Assembly: GCA_965248575.1 (NCBI GenBank)
Contig: CBDFJQ010000002.1
Location: forward strand, 2,688,001-2,752,000
DNA length: 64,000 nucleotides
Source of the DNA: Planctomycetota bacterium
Lineage (GTDB): Bacteria; Planctomycetota; B15-G4
Direction: 5' to 3'
Shown here: piece by piece, positions 37,877 to 45,943 of the stretch
Numbering within the stretch: position 1 is the first letter of the stretch
Layout: each line of letters begins with the position of its first letter
Notes under the pieces: generated by a model
The model's input: the letters and a program-made list of their open reading frames with translations, nothing else
The model's database searches: none
Told to the model about the DNA's origin: nothing
Made by a program: the position numbers and the translations under genes

Positions 37877-39283
37877 ATGAAGACACTTCTCGGACTCCTG
37901 ACCCTTGGCGCCCTCGGCGCGCTGGCGACACCCGCCACGACCCAGACCGTCAGCTACACGGTGATCACGCCACCCGGCACCTTCGAGCAAGCCATCGGGA
38001 TGTCGCCCAACGGCGAGTACGTCTGCGGCAGCGGCGGCTCCAACGGGTTCATCTGGTCCGAGGCGGGCGGCCTGCAGACGGGCTTCGGTTTCCCTGTGGA
38101 ATCCTGGGGTGTCTCCGACGACGGCATGAGCATGTCCGGCACCTTCCTCAATGGAATGAGCCAGAGTGAGGGCGGTGTGTGGACGGCGGGTGGTGGCGCG
38201 GCCCTGCAAGGCAGCCCCTTTGGTTCTGGTTGCGGCTCGGACGTGAGCCACCTCTTCGGCCTCGACGCCGACGGCGATGTGTCCGTAGGCATGGCCTGGG
38301 ACGGTTGCCGCACGAGCCCCGTGCGCTGGACCCCCGGCACGGGCATGACCGCCATGGTCAAGCAGGACCCCACCTCGAGCGCGCGTGCTCACCGCGTCTC
38401 GGGTGACGGTCTGATCGCCGTGGGTTGGGACCAGGGCTTGCCTACTGGCCAGGGCTTCTCCCGGCGCGCCTGCGTCTGGACCACGCCCACCACTCAGATC
38501 TTTCCTCTCACCACCCCAGGCAACCCGCAGGGCCTGGGAGAGGTGACGGATGTGAACAGCGACGGCACCGTCTTCTGCGGCACGGTCAACAACAACGCCT
38601 TCCGTTGGATCGTGGGCAGTGAACCGCAGACCCTCGAGCCGGTCGCAGGCCTCGGCGGACAGTACTTTGCCAACGGTATCTCGGACGACGGCAGCGTCTC
38701 CGTGGGTGTGCGTCTACAGTTCCCGGTTGCCGACGGCGTCATCTGGACCCCCACCGGGGGCGCGATGCTGATGGTGGACTTCCTCGCCGCCAATGGCATC
38801 ACGGTGAGCGCCACCGATGTGCGCAACTGCACTGACGTCTCCGCCGACGGCACGCGCATCTGCGGCTGGGGCAACAACGGCGCCTGGGTCGTGGACCTCG
38901 ATGTGGACGATGACCCTTGGGTCGACCTCGGTGGCGCTTCCGTGGGCATCGCGGGCGAGCCCCTCCTGGATGTCACCGGTGATCTCACCACCGGCTCCAC
39001 CCTGACCCTCGATGTGAGCAACGCCCCAAGTGGCGCCCTCATGGTGGGCTGGCTCTCCTTCACCTCCGTGCCCTTGGACTTCTTCGGTGGCACCATCTAC
39101 GCCAACCCACAGAGCGTGCAGATCGTGCGCATCGCCGACGGCGCTGGCAACTGGAGCACACCGCTCAACTGGCCGCCCGGCGTGGCTCCGGGTATCGATC
39201 TCTTCTTGCAGTTCCTGGTGCAGGACGCGTCCGTGCCGGATGGCATCACTCTCTCCAATGCCATGATGGCCGTGACACCCTGA
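37877..39283 (+). CDS. Secreted protein with HAF-like repeats and a C-terminal domain
   Basis: Signal peptide; repeated VSxDG..VxG...xxW units; distinct C-terminal domain beginning PWVDLG. Confidence 0.8.
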   Translation: MKTLLGLLTLGALGALATPATTQTVSYTVITPPGTFEQAIGMSPNGEYVCGSGGSNGFIWSEAGGLQTGFGFPVESWGVSDDGMSMSGTFLNGMSQSEGGVWTAGGGAALQGSPFGSGCGSDVSHLFGLDADGDVSVGMAWDGCRTSPVRWTPGTGMTAMVKQDPTSSARAHRVSGDGLIAVGWDQGLPTGQGFSRRACVWTTPTTQIFPLTTPGNPQGLGEVTDVNSDGTVFCGTVNNNAFRWIVGSEPQTLEPVAGLGGQYFANGISDDGSVSVGVRLQFPVADGVIWTPTGGAMLMVDFLAANGITVSATDVRNCTDVSADGTRICGWGNNGAWVVDLDVDDDPWVDLGGASVGIAGEPLLDVTGDLTTGSTLTLDVSNAPSGALMVGWLSFTSVPLDFFGGTIYANPQSVQIVRIADGAGNWSTPLNWPPGVAPGIDLFLQFLVQDASVPDGITLSNAMMAVTP

Positions 39284-39343
39284 CCAGAGCCGTGCACTCG
39301 CGCTGACGTTCCTGGCGCGGTCTCAACGCATGGCATGGCGAAG

Positions 39344-39388
39344 GCCTCCCCTTCTGGATCACATCCAGAAGGGGAGGCTTTCTCTTTT
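39344..39388 (+). terminator. Intrinsic terminator between convergent genes
   Basis: 16-bp perfect stem GCCTCCCCTTCTGGAT / ATCCAGAAGGGGAGGC followed by TTTCTCTTTT. Confidence 0.85.
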
Positions 39389-39406
39389 CAGACTCCAGCC
39401 GAGCAC

Positions 39407-40564
39407 TCACTCACACTCGACCTTTTTCCAGGTCGAGGTGCAGACCTGCGTCCAACACGTCGCGTTGCATCCGTAGATGTCGAGGCAGTTCAAGTAGGCC
39501 TGCAACGCGATCGCCTCGTTGGCCTCACGCGTTGACTTGGCCAACGCCATGGCTGCGTTGTAGCCCGTTTGGGCAATGGTGAGAGCCGTGTCGCAATTCG
39601 TACTGACGATGGCGTAGGTCACAGCCGCGCCGACCTGAGCAACGGTCGCCGTCGCTGAGGCACCGACCACACAGGCCGGAGCCCATGGACCTGTGACCGC
39701 ACAGACCTTCAGCGCGATGAGGTAGGTTGCCTCGAAACCGGCAACCGCCGTGAGGTAGACATTCCGCGAAGTTGTCTTGCAGCTGGTATGCGTACTGTTC
39801 GCCGCGTTGAGAGCGATTTGCGCTTTTCCCACCTCCTCCGTGTAAGTCACCCCCAACTCCGCCATCTTCGTCTGGAATGCGTTCACGCACCCGTTGCACT
39901 CCGGTGTGTTGAGCACGCAGGGCCAGGAGACGGTGACGCAGTTGATCTCCAGCTCCCAGCAGGTGGGCTCCGGGTACCACTCCCCTTCCTGGGGGATGAC
40001 CGGCTGTTCCTCTTCGATTCCGTCCACGCCAGAGCCGGGCCACGTGGTGTAGAAACCGACGGTCAGCTTGTTGTTGAGTGTGCTCGATCCGTCGATGAAG
40101 GAAGCCGTCTTGGCCATGACGGAATAGGAGGCGAGGCCAGTCGACAGGGTCACCTCGACATTGGCAAAGGCCGCGTTCGTCGCCTGGAAGAAGGCGATCT
40201 CCTGAGGAGGCAGGCCCACCTGGGTGAAGTCGATAGGCTCTGTCTTCGTCACGTCCAGGACGAACGGCATGCCGAGCTGGTTGACACCCGAGAAGGTGCC
40301 CAGCTCACCGGCGTATTGCCCACCAGCGAGGATGTTGTAGTCCGCGGTGTTGATGTTCCAGGGAAGGCCGAACAGCCCTTCGTACACGTCACGATTGGCG
40401 TCGAGGACATCCTGTTCCGAGACACCCGAGCCTCCCCCGGGCCCGGAACCAGAACCGTGGCCAAGGCCCGGCACCTGTTGTTGTTGCTGAGCAGACACCG
40501 AAACGGAGGCCACCATGAGCAGGGCAAACAGCACGCCCTTTGCGAAAGTTCGAATCCGGATCAT
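39407..40564 (-). CDS. Secreted protein with a Cys-rich, hydrophobic C-terminal domain
   Basis: Signal peptide ending VSA-Q; C-terminal helical region with LKVCAVTGPWAPACVVGA hairpin; start 40564 or 40600. Confidence 0.75.
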   Translation of the reverse strand: MIRIRTFAKGVLFALLMVASVSVSAQQQQQVPGLGHGSGSGPGGGSGVSEQDVLDANRDVYEGLFGLPWNINTADYNILAGGQYAGELGTFSGVNQLGMPFVLDVTKTEPIDFTQVGLPPQEIAFFQATNAAFANVEVTLSTGLASYSVMAKTASFIDGSSTLNNKLTVGFYTTWPGSGVDGIEEEQPVIPQEGEWYPEPTCWELEINCVTVSWPCVLNTPECNGCVNAFQTKMAELGVTYTEEVGKAQIALNAANSTHTSCKTTSRNVYLTAVAGFEATYLIALKVCAVTGPWAPACVVGASATATVAQVGAAVTYAIVSTNCDTALTIAQTGYNAAMALAKSTREANEAIALQAYLNCLDIYGCNATCWTQVCTSTWKKVECE

Positions 40565-40903
40565 CAAAGACTCCAAAGCAGTACGAGAGGTCAGTGCCAT
40601 CGCATTCCCTGCCTAGGGAGTGTCCGGCGTGTACGCCTTGGTTCAGGAATCCGAGCGCTCATGAACTCGAGGCGACAACTCGAGTGCATGCCACAAGCCG
40701 CCGCACGCGTCGTGAGAGCTGCAATCGTCACGCCTTTGTGCTGCCCGAACACAGGGAGCGCGCCCAGGCGATCATCGACACGGCCATCCGGCAGGGTCGG
40801 GGATTCGGCGCTGCGGGATGGTTCCGATGGGCCGGTGCATCGGTGGCGGCCATGGGAGGTGTGGCTTTCCGGAAGAGTGCCCACGAATTACCCAGCTGGT
40901 GAC

Positions 40904-42085
40904 ATGTTCAAATCTCGAACCGCACCTCGTCGGGCAGACGACATGACCTTCTTCCAAGACCTCCGGCACGCAAGCGGCCGAATCACTGGCCGAATCACCG
41001 GGAGCTTGAGCGCCGCGCGTGGCGCCTTGCGCGCGCTCCTTTTGGCATTCGGCGCACTCATGATCCTCGGATCTGGCTGTTCGACTTCATCGACTGCCTC
41101 GGCCACCTCGGCCGCCCCGTCTCCAAGCAAGCCCGAGCTCGGCTCACGTCCAGTCCGACTCGACCAGAGCCTGGGCCCGTTGACGGAGTGGTTCACGCAA
41201 ACGGAAGGGGCCCCACGAGCGGTGGCGCTACTCTCAGCGACCTGAGGCGCGTGCCTCTCCGGCGCGGTCGCGCTGGAACAGGGCCTCCTGAGCGACGCAG
41301 ACGCGTTGCTCCAAGTGGCCGTGATCTGGGTCGACGTGCTCAACTCCGACGACGCCGACGCCGCACAACGGGCGACGGTCCTGATCGCAGATGAACGCGT
41401 CTCCTGGTTCCATGACCCCGGGCAGTGGGCCGCCCGAGAGTGGGCCGAGACCCTGGGGCTCAAGGATCTGGCGTGGGACGTGTATCTCCTCTTCGATGCA
41501 GAAGCGCGTTGGAACGACGCCGCCCCCACTCCCTTCCAATGGTTCCACCAGCTAGGAGGCGAGCGGGCAGACGCCTCGAACTTTCGAGCAGCCCACAGCC
41601 TCGCCATCGCCTTGCACGAGACGGGTGCGGCAGCCGGCTGGCCCGTCCCGGACATGGCACCCGACAAGGAGTCTTGGCAGTCGGCGCGCGAAGAGGCGAT
41701 GCGACGGCTGCAAGCTGCCGGCAGTGCCTCCGATGAACGCTGTAGTGATTGTCGTGAAACCGGGCGGCTCAGCTCGTGCTCCCTCGGTGGCTGGCGGCGC
41801 TTGCTCATGCGCATGGAAGACGAGACGCGCTTCACCGCCTCGGGCACGCAACCGCCGAGCCCTGCGGACGGGCGACAGGAACTCCAGCTGAGCATCCAAG
41901 GCATGCGCTGCGCCGAGTGCATGTTGCGTGTGGGCAGCGGCATCGTCTCCGTCGAGGGCGTTGCAGAGCTGGAGCTCCTGCTGGACGAGGCCAAGCTGCG
42001 TGTGCTGTTGATGCCCGGTTCCACCACAAGCGTGGAAGACCTGGCGGAAGCCATCCGAGCCCAGGGGTTCGGCGTTCGCCCCTAG
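40904..42085 (+). CDS. Probable selenoprotein: lipoprotein with thioredoxin-like UxxC domain and C-terminal HMA domain
   Basis: Track ORFs ending 41245 and starting 41306 are in frame across one TGA (41243-41245): AVALLSAT-U-GAC; SECIS-like hairpin 41258-41277; LGSGC lipobox; GMRCAEC. Start 40904 or 40943. Confidence 0.8.
41253..41284 (+). promoter_or_regulatory. Candidate bacterial SECIS element
   Basis: Stem UCCGGCGC / GCGCUGGA with a GGUC loop starting 21 nt after the UGA; lower stem GCCU / GGGC. Confidence 0.65.
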
Positions 42086-42148
42086 AAAACTGACGCTCCC
42101 GGCACGCTCCCTTGAGCCCTCTTGGGGCGCTCGGGTTACAACCATGCG

Positions 42149-42832
42149 GTGACCGACGACACTTGCTGGACCGTCATTCGTGAAGCAGCGCGCGGCGACG
42201 ACTCCGCGTGCACCCGCTTCGCAGCGCTCTACCAGGAGACCGTGCGGGCCTACCTCCGCGCGCGCTGGCGAGGCGGCGCCTTGATCCAGGAGGTTGACGA
42301 CGCCGTGCAGGACGTCTTCCTTGAGTGCTTCAAGTCCAACGGAGCCCTGGCCAAGACGGACGAGCATCGACCCGGCGGCTTTCGCGCCTTCCTCTACGGC
42401 GTCGCCCGCAACGTGGCGCGCCGACGCGAGGAGCGGGAGCGCGCCCAGCGCCGCCGACAGGGGGACGAAAGCGCGCACCTTTCGCGCATGCCCTCCCCCG
42501 ACACGGCCCTCAGCCAGGTGTTCGACCGGGCCTGGGCCCGCACCGTCATGCGCGAGGCCGCGCAGCGCATGCGTGCGCTCGCCGAATCCGCGGACGAGGC
42601 CGCCTGCCAACGGGTCGAACTGCTGCGCCTGCGCTTCCAGGAAGGCCGACCCATCCGCGACATCGCCCGGGCCTGGGAGCAGGACCCTGCCCTGCTTCAC
42701 CGAGCCTACTCCCGTGCACGCGCCGAGTTCCGCGCCGCCCTGGAAGAGGTCGTGACCTTCCACCACCCGGGAAGTCGCGCGCACATCCAGGCGGAATGCG
42801 TCGCGCTTCTGGACCTGCTGGGAGCGGACTGA
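42149..42832 (+). CDS. ECF sigma-70 factor
   Basis: DDAVQDVF, FRAFLYGVARN, FDRAWA, IRDIA; directly upstream of a kinase. Confidence 0.88.
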   Translation: MTDDTCWTVIREAARGDDSACTRFAALYQETVRAYLRARWRGGALIQEVDDAVQDVFLECFKSNGALAKTDEHRPGGFRAFLYGVARNVARRREERERAQRRRQGDESAHLSRMPSPDTALSQVFDRAWARTVMREAAQRMRALAESADEAACQRVELLRLRFQEGRPIRDIARAWEQDPALLHRAYSRARAEFRAALEEVVTFHHPGSRAHIQAECVALLDLLGAD

Positions 42833-42930
42833 GGGTTTTCAGGATTTCACGAGCGCGAAAACAGCGGGCCCACGGAACCCGTCTTTGCCCCCCCCCCCCA
42901 TTGCTGGAGCCTCTCGGTGGAGACAGCCCG

Positions 42931-45795
42931 ATGACTGATCACAAGGACGACGAGGCCCTCGACCGCGGCCTGGAAGCTGCTTTCGGAGACGGCCCACCGC
43001 CCATCACCCGTACGGCAACAGGCATCACTCGCCGCGCCGGCACCAGCCAGGGGCCGCCCAGCGTCGTGGATCTCGTGGAGCAGCGCACGGGCCGCGCCAC
43101 GCGCCTGCTGCTCAAGGAGGAAGACAGCGAACACGGCGCGTCGCCCCTGGTGCGGACGTCCGGCACCACGCGCGGGAGAGGCAGCAGCCAAGCAGGCGGC
43201 GGCGCTCATGAGGCCGTGCCCACCGGCAAGGGCAACTACCAGATCATGGGTGAGATCGCCCGCGGCGGCATGGGCGCGGTGCTCAGGGGGCACGACACCG
43301 ACCTCGGCCGCGATGTGGCCATGAAGGTCCTCCTGGAACAGCACGCCGACAGCGACAGCATCCTGCAGCGCTTCGTGGAGGAGGCGCAGATCGGCGGCCA
43401 GCTCCAGCACCCCGGTATCGTGCCAGTCTACGAGCTGGGACTCCTGGACGACGACCGCCCGTACTTCACCATGAAACTCGTGAAGGGGCGCACCCTCGCG
43501 GCCCTCTTCACGGAACGCTCGCAGCCCGGCGAAGACACCCGACGGTTCCTGACCATCTTCGAGCAGGTCTGCCAGACCATCGCCTACGCCCACGCGCGCA
43601 AGGTGATCCACCGCGACCTGAAGCCGGCCAACATCATGGTCGGTGCCTTCGGCGAGGTTCAGGTCGTGGACTGGGGCCTGGCGAAGGTCCTGCAAGAAGG
43701 GGGCATCGCCGACGAGCGGCGGGCGCAGCAGCAGTCGCACGTCTCCATCATCGAGACCGTCCGTAGCGTGGGGAGTACCGGCGCCGGGAGCCAGAGCCTG
43801 GTGGGCTCGGTGATGGGCACCCCCGCCTACATGTCCCCTGAGCAGGCGCAAGGCGAGGTGGAACGCCTGGACGAACGCACCGACGTCTTCTCCCTGGGGG
43901 CGATCCTGGCGGAGATCCTCACCGGGCGCCCGGCCTACACCGGCGAGCAGGACAGCCCCGTGGCCGAGGCAGCACGTGCACTTCAAGACAAACTTCACGA
44001 GCGACTCGACGCCTGCCCCGCCGCCCCCGAACTGGTGGACCTTGCCCGTCGCTGCCTCGCGCCGGGCAAGGAGCTGCGCCCCCGTCACGCCGCGGCCCTG
44101 GCGAAGGAACTCAATGACTACCTTGCATCGAGCGAAGAGCGCGCGCGGGAAGCGGAGCTGGCCGCCGCCGAAGCGCGCGTGAGGGCCGTTCAGGAGCGCA
44201 AGGCGCGGCGCCTCACCCTGGCCCTGGCCGCCACCGTGTTGTTGGGCGTGGTGGGCGCCAGCCTGGGCTACCTGCATCTGGAGCAGCAGGCGGCGGACCA
44301 GCGCTCCGCCACCGACCAACGCCGGCTCGAGGTCAACACCAAGGTGCGCGGCATCCTGCAGGACGCCCAGCTGCGCCGGGGCATGGGTGACTACGCCGCC
44401 GCCTTGGTCGCCCTGGATCAGGCGGACACCGTGCTCTCCGCGACCTCAGATGCCACGGCCGACCTGGCTCCTGCCGTCGAGGGTCTACGCAGCGACGTGC
44501 TCGCAGCCCAGATCGCGGAGCAGGAGCAAGCTCAAGACGAGCAGCGGCTCGGCACCTTTCTCGAGCGCCTGGAAGACATCCAGCTGAATCGCGGAGGTGG
44601 CAATGATGACGACGTCGCAGAACGCAGGGATCAGGAATACCAGCAGGCCTTCGCCGCCTACGACGTGTCTGTCTTCGAAGGCGAAGAGAACAGTGTCGCT
44701 GCGCAGCTCAGGGCGACGGGCCACTCCCTCCCGGTGGCCCTCGCCCTGGACGAGTGGGCGCGGATCAAGCTCAACCGCTTCGGGTTCGGCACCCCCGAGT
44801 TCGGGCGCCTGATCCGCATGGCCAAGGAGGTGGACCCTGACCCGTGGCGGCTGAAGCTGCGCAACGCCGTCCTGGCCGATGACCGTCGGGCGTTGGAGAG
44901 CATCGCCTCCGCAGAGGAGACCCACTCCTGGCCGCCGGAGACCGTGGTCATGTTCGTGGAGAGCGTCGCCGACCTGGGGCACGACCTGGATGTAATCCCG
45001 CTGCTACGAGCCAGCCACCTGCGCCACCCGACCCATCACATCATCACCTACGTCCTCGCCCGTCGCCTCTCGGACCGTGGCGACCTCGCAGAGGCCTTGA
45101 CCTTCACCAACACGACCCACGCACTCCGGCCTGGCTTCGGCCGAGCCATCCTGCTGCAGCTGCACATCCTCTCGTTGCTGCACCGCTGGGATGAGATGAC
45201 CCGGTACTTCATCTCCAAGCGCGACCTCCTCGCAGAGATCGAAGACGACGACTGGATGACCACCTGGCTCTCTCCGAGACTGGTGGACGCCCTCGCCGTG
45301 CGCAAGTTCTACGACCCGGCCCTGGCACTGCTCGAGGCGTCCCTACCGGACAGCCCCGATCCGACGATGGAGCACAACAACCTTGCCTGGTACATCGCTA
45401 CCCGAAACGACGGACAGGCCCCCGACATGGCCAAGGCCCTGCACCACGCGGAGGCCTTGGTGGCGTTGGAGGACTCTGGCAACGCCTACAACACACTGAG
45501 CACGGTGCATTACCAATCGGGTCAGCACCGCGAAGCCCTGGACGCCATCAAGACAAGCATGGAGAAGTCGGGAGGGGGCGAGGAGTTCGACTGGCTGCTA
45601 ACCGCCATGATCCTCAAACAGCTGGGCGTGCACGATCAGGCGGATCTCTGGTACCAACGTGCATCCGCAGCGCCCCCCACACCTGGTAGGACTCGAAGAA
45701 ATCCGTTCCTGACGCAGGAGGAATTGGAAATGCCGTCCGAGCTGGATGTCTTCCGAGACCGCGCCAGGGAGATGTTCCGCGACACCGGGAGCTGA
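42931..45795 (+). CDS. Membrane Ser/Thr protein kinase with TPR-like C-terminus
   Basis: IARGGMGAV, VAMK, HRDLKPAN, DWGLAK, GTPAYMSPE, DVFSLG; one TM segment; NNLAW repeat. Confidence 0.93.
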   Translation: MTDHKDDEALDRGLEAAFGDGPPPITRTATGITRRAGTSQGPPSVVDLVEQRTGRATRLLLKEEDSEHGASPLVRTSGTTRGRGSSQAGGGAHEAVPTGKGNYQIMGEIARGGMGAVLRGHDTDLGRDVAMKVLLEQHADSDSILQRFVEEAQIGGQLQHPGIVPVYELGLLDDDRPYFTMKLVKGRTLAALFTERSQPGEDTRRFLTIFEQVCQTIAYAHARKVIHRDLKPANIMVGAFGEVQVVDWGLAKVLQEGGIADERRAQQQSHVSIIETVRSVGSTGAGSQSLVGSVMGTPAYMSPEQAQGEVERLDERTDVFSLGAILAEILTGRPAYTGEQDSPVAEAARALQDKLHERLDACPAAPELVDLARRCLAPGKELRPRHAAALAKELNDYLASSEERAREAELAAAEARVRAVQERKARRLTLALAATVLLGVVGASLGYLHLEQQAADQRSATDQRRLEVNTKVRGILQDAQLRRGMGDYAAALVALDQADTVLSATSDATADLAPAVEGLRSDVLAAQIAEQEQAQDEQRLGTFLERLEDIQLNRGGGNDDDVAERRDQEYQQAFAAYDVSVFEGEENSVAAQLRATGHSLPVALALDEWARIKLNRFGFGTPEFGRLIRMAKEVDPDPWRLKLRNAVLADDRRALESIASAEETHSWPPETVVMFVESVADLGHDLDVIPLLRASHLRHPTHHIITYVLARRLSDRGDLAEALTFTNTTHALRPGFGRAILLQLHILSLLHRWDEMTRYFISKRDLLAEIEDDDWMTTWLSPRLVDALAVRKFYDPALALLEASLPDSPDPTMEHNNLAWYIATRNDGQAPDMAKALHHAEALVALEDSGNAYNTLSTVHYQSGQHREALDAIKTSMEKSGGGEEFDWLLTAMILKQLGVHDQADLWYQRASAAPPTPGRTRRNPFLTQEELEMPSELDVFRDRAREMFRDTGS

Positions 45796-45943
45796 TCGCC
45801 GCAACACGTGCCCTCGCACTATCGCCTGCGCACTCTGACCCCTCCCACGCTTCCGGCCGCTTGCAGTAGGATGTCCTGTCGAGTCGAGTGGCGGTCAGGG
45901 GCCGCCACTTCGAGACAACCGCCGAGTCACGCTGGGGGTCAGC

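Noticed and set aside
41306..42085. Independent 259-aa gene with a TTG start
   Set aside because: Better explained as the continuation after a Sec UGA.
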